From Chlorokybus atmophyticus (Eukaryota > Plantae > Mesostigma and Chlorokybus algae): DNA of 64,000 nucleotides. Below are positions 24,539-37,643 of this stretch, in pieces (within the stretch, counting starts at the first letter, position 1; every line of letters begins with the position of its first letter). The stretch spans positions 8,384 through 72,383 of the forward strand of contig RHPI01000797.1 in the NCBI GenBank assembly GCA_009103225.1, written 5' to 3'. Below the pieces are notes generated by a model. It saw only the letters and a program-made list of their open reading frames with translations. It searched no databases and had not been told where the DNA came from. The position numbers were made by a program, and so were the translations under genes.

Positions 24539-26852
24539 GCTTTGCCTCTTATTGTGGCGGTAATCTGGCAGCTGATAGGCCTGAGTTTGCGCTGACGTGT
24601 TGTGCTGACTATTTAGCCACGTTGATGTCAAGGTTGCCGCCATCGCCGTATGAGCAGCAGCACACCTTGTGGTTGTTGTTGCGCTGGTTTGAGGCGAGGT
24701 TGCTAGCGCCCGCTGCGTTGTTGAGGTTGTGTTGGTGGGCGGTAGTGCGCCTCGGCCAGCATGACCGTCTCCGGGGTAGGCGCCCTGTGACCCCTTTGTT
24801 GCAATTGTTGTTTTGCCCTACCTATGTTTAGTACCATACATAATGTTGGGGTCTGTTGCTCGCCTATGTGTGCTTGTGAATGGGCTGCTGCAAGTGTGCA
24901 TGCATGTATGTGTGTGGCGTGTGTGTGTGTGTGTGTGCTTGTGTGTTCCTCCGCAATGCTGACTTGACTGTGCGTGTGCATGCAGATGACAGATGGACAG
25001 CGCCATGGCGATGAGCCGCCGGTTGAGGCCCCCCCCACAGCGCATGACGGAGCAACGTGCGCCTTGCCTGCCTTTGGTCACCATGGACGAAGACAATACC
25101 ATGGCGCTGTATAACGTGGGCAAGGGGTCGGAGAAGTGCATGTGGTATGGCGATGTAGCTGGTGGCGGGGATGAGGGGTACGTTCAGGTGCTGCACAAAA
25201 GATGGCAAGGCTGCACATATGGCCATGGTGATCTGAGGCCAAATGAATCTCGGTCAGAGTCAACGGGGGCGTGCAGCTTGACATGAGTGAGTGCGAGGAG
25301 AGGGGACACGCCCGTCAAGGGCGCGTGTGACGCTTGCCTACCGACCCCATCCCACCCATGACCAAGACCATGGTCAACCTGGGTATTTCTGGTTTCCTTG
25401 CCATCCGCGCAGTGTTTGAGCACAGATTGAAGACCCCCACTGGCTGCAGTTTCGCAAGTGGTAATGTTGTGGGCGCTGGCGTCGATGAGGTGGTTGACTA
25501 CTGCACTCTGTTGAGGGGCGCCTTTCACTACCCCTACCCTTACAATCAAGTCCCCCCTCCACCAGCATCCCCCACCATGTCTCCTGAATCTTCCCCTCCC
25601 CACTCTCCACCAGCATCCCCACGCGAGGCTCCACTAACACCCCCACCTCAGGCTCCACCTCAACGCAAGGGCAGACCCCTGGAGTCTGCTCCTCCTGCCA
25701 AGGCCAAAAAGCGTGCCAAGGCAGAGCCCCCTCCACAGGCAGGACCTTGAAGCTGTGCACTTGTGCACAGTTTTGTGTAGTAAGTGTTCTGTGCTGTGCG
25801 TGCATGGCCAAATGGGTGAGGCTATGCAAGTAAGGTGTATAATTGCATGGCCTGGTCTGAGGCTTTGCTGTTGGGTGCATGTGTGCATGGCTGGTCTGAG
25901 GTTTTGCATGTTGGGTGCATGTGTTGTGCGGATGTGTAGGGTGACATACTGTCAGCTGACTCTAGCCCTGTACACTTGCCCCCTTAACAAAGCCTTGTAA
26001 AGTGGATGAGGATGTTGCTATGTTGTTTACTGGTGTACTTGTACAATGGCAGCTGCTAGACACGCGCTACCCACATGCATGAAGCACAAGGACGTCCGGT
26101 GGCATTGCGTCGCAATGTGCATTGCGCTTATATACATATGCAGAACCAACTGCGCTCGAGGCTTGTCAAGGCGGTATGCATGCTATGCCTAACTTGCATT
26201 GCTACGCATGCGTGCTCTGGCTGCTGCCTTTACATTGAGCAGTGTGCGAGCTGGACCTGGTGCTGCCACAGAGGCTTCCACTGCGCGGTTGGCCAGTTGC
26301 ATCTCTGATGCAGTTGGGGACATGGACTTCACGCGGTAGGCATGTAGACTCCCGATTGGACTCTGCATTGGGGTGAGATGTTGCAGTGGGCTATCTAAGC
26401 ACATGGCATTCTAAACTTGAGTAATGAGGTCAATGATGCATGCCCTAGGACCACTTGCAGTGTTGATGTGTGTTGGTCCAGCATGTTGTGTGGCATTGGT
26501 TTGGCTTAATATTTTCGGCTGCTTGGCCAATTCTTCCTCCTGCTTGGCATGTTGTCTTTGCGATGCTGCCAGGTCTCTCGTGCCTTAGCAGCATCTCTCT
26601 GTGCCTTGGCAGCCTATCTCTGCGCAACAACAACAGCCTTCTTACTGGCCAGCTCTGCCTTCTTGGTGACTGCTTCTAGTCTGCGTGCTTCCACAGCTGC
26701 CTCCTTAGCTAAGGCCTCCTCCTTCTTCGCCTTGGGTGCCCTAATGGACTCCACTGACGTCAGACATGCAGCGCCCGAGAGCTGAGGAACCTTGGTCTTC
26801 TTCTCTCGCCATCCACCACTAGCAGGATGTTGCTGCTGCACCCCGACATTGT
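24539..26852 (+). repeat. Copy A of a 2314-bp direct duplication (partner 35329-37642)
   Basis: Constant offset of 10790, identical ORF translations in both copies, and no difference seen in spot checks, including microsatellite length. Confidence 0.95.
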
Positions 26853-29261
26853 TGTTGTTGCTGTAAAAGTTATTAGCAACTATGCATCCTCGCAAGTTTT
26901 TTTGCAAAGTGATGTTGATGCTGCTGTTGTTGTTGTTGATGGTTATGGTGTTGTGGTTGTTGGTGGAGGTGCTTGCAAGAGACTAATTCTCCTTTTCGGA
27001 TGGGCTGTCCTCGTCCTCGTCCTCAGTGGCATCAGAGTCAGCGTCCTTGTCATACGGCACAGGAACCCCTTTGCCATCAAGAGAAGGACTTCCAAACTCA
27101 TGCTGGTCTTGGGCATGAGCCAGATCAGGTGTCAACGTCGTCCACTGCGGGCCTCTCCATCTCAGGTACTCTGCTCTGTCCGCTGCATGAACATTAACTG
27201 GCCAAACGCCTGCTCGCACATGTTGGGTTAGCATTTATTGCCTGCAGTGCGTGAAACTCAAGGCATGGCAGCTGCACATATTTCGTGGTACATGTCTTCT
27301 TTTATGCGCTCACAATGTTGGCTGGTGTCATGGTATAGATGGCTTGGCAGTCAGCTTTAAAAACTTCATCCTAGTGATTGGGCAGGTGGGTTCTTAAATG
27401 CGCCAAGCTAAGAACTCTGAGCGATAGTGCTGCTTGAGACTTTTAAAGCAGCTCACGTCCAACACCTGCAGGCAAGTGCACTATGTTATACAATATAGGC
27501 TATAAGGTGGCACACAGCAACTCACAAACACGTGCAACTTGCCTGCATTAGGTGGGTTATATAAGCTGAGAAAGAGAAAGAGCATGTGTACACCCTTGTT
27601 GCGTGTCTCTTCTCCAGCAAATCGGGGTTCATGCGGGAAGAGTGACCAATAACAGCAGCACAGACTTCTCCATACTCACCCCATCAGGTACCAGGTCAAT
27701 GAAGCCACTCAGCAAAGGTCATGTAAGCGTTCTCTTGCATCCGCATCCAGCTGCCATAAGTTCCCAGTTGCACATAGTTCTCTGTGTAGCGACTGCCCTT
27801 CAGTATGTACTGTGGCGCCATCCACTGCCCTACTCCATTAACACAGGCCATGACAGTCATGTGGTCTTCGCTCTTCACTTAGTTGTAGTAGGGGTTTTTG
27901 AACCGCTTCTTACATATGACCTTCACTGTGCTTGCAGAATAGAACACCATTCTGTAACCTCCCAGCAAACGCACACAATTCATGCATAACTGCCATCACG
28001 AATTGGGATAAATTGTGACAGACCTCACTCATGGTAGTGTTTTTTACTACCATAGCCTAGTGGTCGGGCCCCAATTGTTACAATGGTAACGGAGCTTGAC
28101 GTCTCAGGTTTTATTCCCGTAGGGGACTGAGGCAGATCTAAGGCAAAAACATTTGGGGCGGCTTGCCCTAGGCTGGGCGCGGGATCACGACCTGCGCGCC
28201 GAGCCAATTCAACCTAAGGTCGCGTGAGCGGTCGCGGCTCGATGGCAGGTCGCGTGGTGAGGATGGCCGTTCGGTCGGTCAGGACCGTTCGTGGGCCGGA
28301 TCCAACAGGCCGCGGGCAGACCGATTGTGCTATGGTTGCAAACACGGCGTCGTGGGCTAGCACCTCATTGGATTATGAGGAACTTATGGATTGGATTGGG
28401 GAGGAATGTCATAAATTGGGATAAATTGCGACAGACCTCACTCATGGTAGTGTCTTTTACTACCATAGCCTAGTGGTCGGGCCCCAATTGTTACAACTGC
28501 CCACCAACATTGTAGCATTCACCTAGGTTATCTGACTCAAGCCCTGTCTCATCCGCGTTCCCCCCCGATGCGGGTGGGATTGTCAATGCCAAGTTCTTCC
28601 AATGTCTTGATATACAGGTCAATAAAAGCTTGCACTTTTTCCCTTGTACACGCCCGCCACCTCCGGCGATTAAAACCCTCTGCCACCCTAATGGCGAGCT
28701 GGTGCCTGGCCATCAGTAAACGCAACCAGCTGTAACCGGGCAGGCCTTTGGGATTAAAGCGCTTCATGCGCTCGTCTCGCAGCATATGTACAACCTGTGC
28801 ACAGGCATGTTGGTCAGTCGCCATTATACATGCAGTAAACGCAACTGCAAACCACAAAGTACATATCAAAACAGTGCCACCCTTGTTATAGCCCACTTGT
28901 TGTCGGCACACCTGTTGATCCAACCCACCAGCTCCAACTCTTCGGCCTTTGTGAGCACTAGAGGACGTACCATGCTTCTCAGAAGCTGTTATTTCTGAGG
29001 GGAGCAATAATAGTCAAAAAGCGTGGACTTGGGCACACCATGCTTCGCGGAGGCAATTAAAAAGCTCATGCCACACAGCACTTCATCAATAGCCACGCTG
29101 ATATTCATGATTAGGCCTTTGCCTTGGTAGTTGATGCACTGCATGCCCTTGCGCCTAGTAGTGCCCACAATGCTACGCAATGCTGCCTTACTCCATTCAT
29201 AATGATGAGTGGTTGGGAAAGGTGCAAAACGTGTACTGCAGACTCTGTTGCAACCTAGCAT
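26189..29261 (-). mobile_element. pogo/Fot1-type DDE transposase pseudogene (psq HTH + CENP-B HTH + DDE_1), intron-containing
   Basis: psq-like HTH AIDEVLCGMSFLIASAKHGVPKSTLFDY and second HTH PGYSWLRLLMARHQLAIR. Catalytic remnants are NADETG (28542-28559, after a frameshift), TVMACVNGVGQWMAPQYILKG, (D)GHSSR (about 27640) and Q|VLDVSCFKSLK (about 27457), followed by a charged C-terminal tail. Several stops and frameshifts; TIRs not found. Confidence 0.85.
27994..28495 (+). mobile_element. TRIM (terminal-repeat retrotransposon in miniature), 502 bp
   Basis: 89-bp direct repeats at 27994-28082 and 28407-28495 ending TGTTACA, with 6 differences, all transitions. PBS-like TGGTAACGGAGC at 28084-28095. 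PPT GGGGAGGAA at 28398-28406 abuts the 3' LTR (TGTCA...). Perfect 5-bp TSD ACTGC at 27989-27993 and 28496-28500. Confidence 0.92.
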
Positions 29262-29759
29262 TGAAGTGGTCTCCTACGCACAACACCACAGTCAACAACA
29301 TGTGCACCAGGCCAGTGCAGCGCGGGCAGCAACAATGCGCGGCATGAGACTTAGCTTCGCTGAGCCTAGCATACAGTATGAGGAACATGACACCAGCAAC
29401 ACCGCAGTAATACGACACAGCCCTGGACTTGTATGCATGCATGTATACTGCCATTGCACACTTGCATACCTCCACTTCATCAGCGTCATCTTGTGTGCAG
29501 GGTGCGGAGCGTGTGAACATCGTGTCTGGTGCCAAGTCTTGTACACTTGCATCAACACATGCACATACCTTACTACCACATCCACAAGACCCTACAACAC
29601 CCCACCAAGTCTGCTAGCACGCCCAACCGCCACCCAACGCCAACAACTTACAAATGCACAGTGCCATTCTCACTATGCCAGAAAAACTGCCACAACGCAC
29701 TTCTACATTGCCCGCCACAAGTTTCAAATTACTAACTTCTTAGCAAAATCTTTTTAAGG

Positions 29760-32700
29760 CGACGAACCACAAGAGTAGAATATTGCGCAGAGCCATTGCA
29801 CGCCACCAGCGGACTAGGGCAATAAATCCTTAAGCCTGCAAAGTCAATGCAACCGTGGTAATCATTAAAAGTGCAACACTTGATGGTTTGCCGTGGCGCC
29901 AATACTCATCCAATCAGCTCACAACTTGGTACAGAGGCAGGATTGGTCAATGCCTACACGACAAACTTGGAAGCACTCGATTTAATTGCAAAATGCCACA
30001 TCCACAGCGTCGCAAGTAAGTACTATCGTTAGTCGTCTGAGATTAGGTAATCGTTCGGCTTTACGTGGACTTACCCTAGCTACCATTGCATGTTTGATGT
30101 GTGTACAGCAACATGGTGAAACACTCACAACATAATAACTTTTAATGTCAATCATGTATGCAGAATGTTTGCATATTGTCTCATACATCGCGTACATTTA
30201 TACAACATACCGCGACATAGCAAACTCTGTGATGTTAATTGAAATTGTGTCACATTTGTGGCCTTATATTAATTGTACGCAACATTGCAATGTGAAGCTA
30301 AGCATGATACTATCAACAAGTAGCTAGTAATAATAATCAATATTACAATTGTTCATGGTGAAGCTGTAGGTGAATGAGTTACATTAATTTAAACTACAAT
30401 TGGTTATAATGAAGCTTCCGCAGATGAATTAATATTAATACCATAGCTTAGTAAAGTCATCCTTCCGGTCATGAATTGTTAATAGCAATTTACTAAATTA
30501 TTACAGATGTACTTCTTTGACGATAGCAATGTTTCAAATTTGTAATATAGCCACATCATGTATGATATAATATCATACATACGCAAAATGTCGTAAATGT
30601 AATATGTTAATGAATTCAACATCAATAATAACTTATGATAAGTGACATCATGTTATGATGTTATGATAATCAATTATAAACCTACAAGCACGCGAAGATG
30701 GCTAAAGATCGTGAAATTGTTTGATTAGTTGACGTAATTTCAATACATGCGAACGTTATGCATCATCTTTACTTGCTCCCAGAAAGACACGTCAAAGTGG
30801 TGTACGTTATCGGATTGTCTTTACTATTCAAAGTTAGGTATGCATGATAAAAAGCGAGCGCTTTTGCGAATGCATGTTTTGTGCATTGACTTAAAATTAT
30901 TGATGTTGATATATAAATCGATCATAATAGCTTGCAAAGGTTGGACGATGGTTAAGATGGCTGCAGAAGTTGTTGCAAGCGAAAGCCAATGCAGCTTCAC
31001 CCAATATATTATACACGTTGAGGTAGGCCCTAATCAACTTTATGCGCCAACAAGGCGCAACAACCATAGAAGGAGATGCCATCTCAACAGTGTAATGCCA
31101 ACAACCCTGAGATTGTCAAGCTTAACAATCAGCTAATAACTTTTACCATTTCTTTTATGGCTTTTATACCTTGTTTATGCAGATTGTATATTGCAGAAAT
31201 ATGCGAGGCACTCACAAATCGTGAGATAATAATTGGCATAAAAAGTATGCAGCGTTATGGTTTCAGTTACTTGTATGTCACTATAAGAATGCAAAACGGT
31301 TTAAGCTTGGTAAGATCATCTTACCAACTCATGTCTTCGAATATGATATTCGAAGACATGAGTTAGTTAAGACAAAAGAGTTGATCAAGCATGTGAGCAT
31401 ATTGCCAACTTGGTGCTTGCAATGCTTGCAATTGTGCTAACTAGCATTGCAATTCATGGTTGAAGCCAATGCCGTCGTCACTGGAAGGTGTTACGACAAT
31501 TGCGGCGGCCAAGCACGTTTTTAAACAACAACGCTTTGCAGCTCGTGCATCATATGCGCATTACATACAAGTCAAGGTGTGTATGTTGTAGCTTATGTGC
31601 AAATGCTTGTTGTCATTGTAACCTTGCACACGCACTTGTTCTTGAAAAGCTTTTTTCCTAAGATGATCTGTTCGTAAGGGAGCTACAGAAGAAATGTTTG
31701 ATGCTCGTTTTGTGTGGCCATTCCCTGTCGGACCATGATTAGAGTGCGTGGGTACTCAACTCATTGTTGGCGAAATCATCAAGAGATTTAGCTTCTCACT
31801 GACCATGCATGCAGTACTCATATGAGTACTACTCATAGCATGCAAGTTGTCACCGTTCCTCGTTCGAGTACTCGCGTGTTGCTCGAGCATGTTTTATAAA
31901 CATGTTATTACAACTCCGTCATCGTGCTTGTCCAATAGAAAAACATGTTGCTGCGCAAGATGGCCCCTTCATTCCTCTCCTCCCCTGCCTCTACCCCATT
32001 TTTTTTCGCGTTAAGTTGAGTCGATTGTTGGTTGCAGTAGCCATATGTCATAGCGTCACTTGTTTAAGCTCAACAAATTGTGCAAGGGTAAGCTTGTGAC
32101 ATAGCCCCACCAACTGTGTAGGGAGATCTATTGCGAAGAGAGCATGCCTAGGATCGTCCGTGTAACACACAGCGCGGCCGCTAAGGTGGCGCATACAGCA
32201 CGAGTGACATAGGACTGGTGCATCGTGGATGAGGAGTGCATGTGTGTGTGAGGTGTGTGCTATTATAATGATTGCGCCATTATTGGCAATAGTGATGGTG
32301 CATGCGTTTTTAGTCCAGTTTATGCTATAGGCGTAGCCTTCAACATGTTGGTACAAGTATTTAGGTACTGTTTATTGCGGCAGATGCTTGCCAGATGTGA
32401 TTGGAGCTATTTGTTAAATGCTGACTTGTGCAACCAAAGCAACATGCGTGCAAAGCTATATTAAATTTTTCCTCCCCCAGCACCACAGTTGCCCATAGCA
32501 TAGAACTATACGTGCAACATAAAAACTGCCGCTAATCAACCAATGATATTTAATTTTTATAATTGCGCACTTAGTATTTTTACGACACGACGTAAACACA
32601 AGTGCAGATAAGATGTCTCTGAAATTCGAGTATATCATGCTATTCTGCCACAGCTACAATCCAATACACAATTTATCATCTATCAATACATTGCATAACA

Positions 32701-34000
32701 TTATAACATTAACAATGACCAACCGCGATGTGCAACATTGCTAGCCACAGCACCTTACCGTACCCGTAACATGTGGCAAGGATGCATTATTTATTATACA
32801 ATATTAAGTAATTGTTCTCCTGGTAGCGACTTTGGCTATCATGATCTGGTAGTTAAGGCACCAGTTTTATACCATCAATCGCATGCAGAACAACGGTAAT
32901 TGTGTACACACATTCTTGTAAGTGCACACCATTGATCACATCATGTAAGTGCTTACGTATTGCGTGCCATAATATTGTTAATAGTATTTCGATAAAGAAT
33001 TTTGAGTATATCATAATACATTGTAATGAAAGCCTACAAAAGTACTTGCGTGTCTGAACGAGAATCTATGGTATGATGCAACTAGGCTTTACAAGCATCA
33101 TCTTAGGTTAAAGTTATTGTTTAATTGTATCGCTAGCACTTGTATATCTTTAACGCCTTCATCCCATAATCATATTGTTTCGTTCATGTTGCCCATATGT
33201 AGCCATATCTGCCATGCGGTTGCTTCATTTGACTGCAATACGCTTCCGTCAATTTGCAATAAGATGGCATCGCCACCAATCGCAAGGTGTTGTTGATGAT
33301 GCGGTAAGTGAGTTGGTTGTGCACAATTGTCTTGAAGCTGCTTCAAAACAGCGTTGAACATGACGTAACTTATGCTTGCTTTTTGTAACGGCTCTTTGAG
33401 CTCATACAATGTGACAGCCAATACCTCACCTTGTCATGCAATGTTTATATATACTATGCATTGGTACAGAGGGGCGTATACATCATGATGTCACTTTTAC
33501 AAGCACACTCTGTCCCTATTGATGAAGCCTACAACGAACATACAGACCGTCTGTCCTACATATGAATGTTAGCAATATTCATACGCATGACCACAAAAAA
33601 CACTACATAGTTCATTATGCATTTAATAAGTTGTGGTGACGACAGTGCATGTAGCAGTCAGACAAAACACAGACGCTCAGGCTGTCAACTATTGGTGGGA
33701 GTGGTTGACACCATTGCAAGGTCATGTAACTTAGCATGTATTGCTTGCGGCAAGTATACAGCTTATCTGTACTATCACAACAGAGCAGATTATACATCGT
33801 AGTGTGCGTTGTTGTTGCAGCATCCACCTATAAACTACGAGTCGCGCTATGTCGCGATTGTGCATTGAGCTGTGGTAGCAAAACTTGTATCCTACTAGTT
33901 TTGCTTGGTACCAATCAGACAATCACTGTGACATTGTCTATACTAAATGCATTTCCTTCAATGCAAGTTGCCAATGTTCATTGTTACTTGAACATTTAAG
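29760..34000. other. AT-rich island of decayed, unidentified coding-like sequence
   Basis: About 4 kb markedly more AT-rich than the genes, lacking the CA/TG intron microsatellites, with only short interrupted ORFs. No family confidently recognised. Confidence 0.45.
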
Positions 34001-34007
34001 ATGTATT

Positions 34008-35071
34008 TCACGTTACTACACTTTTCTTTGTTGGGACAGCTTTCTTCACAACTTGCTTGCCTTGTGTGGACTTGACTCTGTTTGCCTTGCGTGCAGGCAA
34101 GCCTTCACCTACGCGGACGACCTTCATGTGCTTCTCCGACCTTTTGCCTTTGGCACTGTCACACACAAGCACATGTCGTCACGTGACAACCACTCCAGTA
34201 CTTGAAGTTGAACACGCACGTCACATCAACTCCACGACATTATGTGCATGTCACAATAGTTCAACCTCACCTTTTACGCCGAGAGCGACTCGACTTCTTA
34301 ACCTTGCTTGTAGGTTTACCGCTCTCGGCCTCCACATGATATGCGAGTGTGAAGCCCTCTGCATCAACTTCCTTTGCAGCTTCCATGACAACTTCTGGAA
34401 GGACTGCAGCATCCTCTGTAGACTGTGCTGCAGTACTTCCTTCCACTTGCTTCAGCTCAACAATGACTGCGCTCCGGGCCGCATCTTCACTTCTCTTGAT
34501 TGGCAACGGCAGGCTTGCAGCACGCACTCGTGTAAATGTCACCAAGTTACCTGCCAGGATACACAAAACCACATGAGCATGGATTACAGGTATCGCGCAG
34601 ACAACGCGCGCGCGTGCACACATGTACACACAACATGTCACCTGGTTTGGGCAAGTGTCCAATGCACTCGCTGTGGGGTCTATCGCGTGGGGGTGTAAGT
34701 GCGCGCTCCACCACCTCCCTTGACACAAGCGTACCTGATGACATCAATGACATCAATGCCTGTCATGCTTGTTGAGGAAGCCGCACACATACTGACTGCC
34801 TCGCTCAGACACACGCATGCAAGCACTCATCATCCTCATCATCAATTTGAGGGCACATCCACACGCACTCGCGTGCGCAGATGTGCACGAGCACGCAAAA
34901 GCAGACAGGCACACACATACGCATGCGCACACGCACACACAGGTACTCACCAGCTCTGGACAGTCTCCCCACCACACGCGCGGCCTCTTCCCCCGACGCG
35001 GCCCAGCTGGTCGGGTGCCCGGGACTCGTCCGCGGCCTCTCCACTGCCTGCAATATACCATGTACAGTAGT

Positions 35072-35102
<31 letters not shown>

Positions 35103-35179
35103 CGAAGTTGTGGCATGCACCTCAAAGAACGGAATCTCAGAATCGTGCTGCCAGCACCATGTGCTTGCGCTCACAGATC
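34008..35179 (-). CDS. Uncharacterised spliced gene, 3' part
   Basis: Chain of phase-compatible GT-AG exons: GSVSASTWCWQHDSEIPFFE | WRGRG...WWGDCPEL | ALMSLMSSGTLVSREVVERAL...LPKPG | NLVTFTRV...HVEAES, then a Lys-rich terminal segment stopping at 34008. Separated by host-type CA/TG introns. Confidence 0.45.
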
Positions 35180-35328
35180 CTGCTGGCACATTAGAAGTGC
35201 ATGTGTATATAAGGGGTATGGTACGGTGGCAGCATGCATGGTGTGGACAATGCGAATGTGCGTATGCTTGTGCGCGGGTGTGTATGCATGCGCGTGTATG
35301 TGTGGTAGTGTGTGTATTTGGGGGGGGA

Positions 35329-37642
35329 GCTTTGCCTCTTATTGTGGCGGTAATCTGGCAGCTGATAGGCCTGAGTTTGCGCTGACGTGTTGTGCTGACT
35401 ATTTAGCCACGTTGATGTCAAGGTTGCCGCCATCGCCGTATGAGCAGCAGCACACCTTGTGGTTGTTGTTGCGCTGGTTTGAGGCGAGGTTGCTAGCGCC
35501 CGCTGCGTTGTTGAGGTTGTGTTGGTGGGCGGTAGTGCGCCTCGGCCAGCATGACCGTCTCCGGGGTAGGCGCCCTGTGACCCCTTTGTTGCAATTGTTG
35601 TTTTGCCCTACCTATGTTTAGTACCATACATAATGTTGGGGTCTGTTGCTCGCCTATGTGTGCTTGTGAATGGGCTGCTGCAAGTGTGCATGCATGTATG
35701 TGTGTGGCGTGTGTGTGTGTGTGTGTGCTTGTGTGTTCCTCCGCAATGCTGACTTGACTGTGCGTGTGCATGCAGATGACAGATGGACAGCGCCATGGCG
35801 ATGAGCCGCCGGTTGAGGCCCCCCCCACAGCGCATGACGGAGCAACGTGCGCCTTGCCTGCCTTTGGTCACCATGGACGAAGACAATACCATGGCGCTGT
35901 ATAACGTGGGCAAGGGGTCGGAGAAGTGCATGTGGTATGGCGATGTAGCTGGTGGCGGGGATGAGGGGTACGTTCAGGTGCTGCACAAAAGATGGCAAGG
36001 CTGCACATATGGCCATGGTGATCTGAGGCCAAATGAATCTCGGTCAGAGTCAACGGGGGCGTGCAGCTTGACATGAGTGAGTGCGAGGAGAGGGGACACG
36101 CCCGTCAAGGGCGCGTGTGACGCTTGCCTACCGACCCCATCCCACCCATGACCAAGACCATGGTCAACCTGGGTATTTCTGGTTTCCTTGCCATCCGCGC
36201 AGTGTTTGAGCACAGATTGAAGACCCCCACTGGCTGCAGTTTCGCAAGTGGTAATGTTGTGGGCGCTGGCGTCGATGAGGTGGTTGACTACTGCACTCTG
36301 TTGAGGGGCGCCTTTCACTACCCCTACCCTTACAATCAAGTCCCCCCTCCACCAGCATCCCCCACCATGTCTCCTGAATCTTCCCCTCCCCACTCTCCAC
36401 CAGCATCCCCACGCGAGGCTCCACTAACACCCCCACCTCAGGCTCCACCTCAACGCAAGGGCAGACCCCTGGAGTCTGCTCCTCCTGCCAAGGCCAAAAA
36501 GCGTGCCAAGGCAGAGCCCCCTCCACAGGCAGGACCTTGAAGCTGTGCACTTGTGCACAGTTTTGTGTAGTAAGTGTTCTGTGCTGTGCGTGCATGGCCA
36601 AATGGGTGAGGCTATGCAAGTAAGGTGTATAATTGCATGGCCTGGTCTGAGGCTTTGCTGTTGGGTGCATGTGTGCATGGCTGGTCTGAGGTTTTGCATG
36701 TTGGGTGCATGTGTTGTGCGGATGTGTAGGGTGACATACTGTCAGCTGACTCTAGCCCTGTACACTTGCCCCCTTAACAAAGCCTTGTAAAGTGGATGAG
36801 GATGTTGCTATGTTGTTTACTGGTGTACTTGTACAATGGCAGCTGCTAGACACGCGCTACCCACATGCATGAAGCACAAGGACGTCCGGTGGCATTGCGT
36901 CGCAATGTGCATTGCGCTTATATACATATGCAGAACCAACTGCGCTCGAGGCTTGTCAAGGCGGTATGCATGCTATGCCTAACTTGCATTGCTACGCATG
37001 CGTGCTCTGGCTGCTGCCTTTACATTGAGCAGTGTGCGAGCTGGACCTGGTGCTGCCACAGAGGCTTCCACTGCGCGGTTGGCCAGTTGCATCTCTGATG
37101 CAGTTGGGGACATGGACTTCACGCGGTAGGCATGTAGACTCCCGATTGGACTCTGCATTGGGGTGAGATGTTGCAGTGGGCTATCTAAGCACATGGCATT
37201 CTAAACTTGAGTAATGAGGTCAATGATGCATGCCCTAGGACCACTTGCAGTGTTGATGTGTGTTGGTCCAGCATGTTGTGTGGCATTGGTTTGGCTTAAT
37301 ATTTTCGGCTGCTTGGCCAATTCTTCCTCCTGCTTGGCATGTTGTCTTTGCGATGCTGCCAGGTCTCTCGTGCCTTAGCAGCATCTCTCTGTGCCTTGGC
37401 AGCCTATCTCTGCGCAACAACAACAGCCTTCTTACTGGCCAGCTCTGCCTTCTTGGTGACTGCTTCTAGTCTGCGTGCTTCCACAGCTGCCTCCTTAGCT
37501 AAGGCCTCCTCCTTCTTCGCCTTGGGTGCCCTAATGGACTCCACTGACGTCAGACATGCAGCGCCCGAGAGCTGAGGAACCTTGGTCTTCTTCTCTCGCC
37601 ATCCACCACTAGCAGGATGTTGCTGCTGCACCCCGACATTGT
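35329..37642 (+). repeat. Copy B of the 2314-bp duplication; ends immediately before N at 37643
   Basis: Appears identical to 24539-26852. The left edge follows a G-run and the right edge is an N. Confidence 0.95.
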
Positions 37643-37643
37643 N

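Noticed and set aside
28053-28066. tRNA A-box-like TAGCCTAGTGGT inside the TRIM LTR (Cassandra-like Pol III promoter?)
   Set aside because: There is no B-box or 5S-like sequence at a suitable distance and no cloverleaf, so it is not called as an RNA gene.
31700-31740. HGPTGNGHT on the minus strand resembling a Walker A
   Set aside because: It lacks the catalytic Lys, and no Walker B or other supporting motif follows.
32800-32920. YRCSACD...SLP resembling a ubiquitin-specific protease zinc ribbon
   Set aside because: No Cys-box or His-box could be found in frame nearby, so the evidence is too thin.
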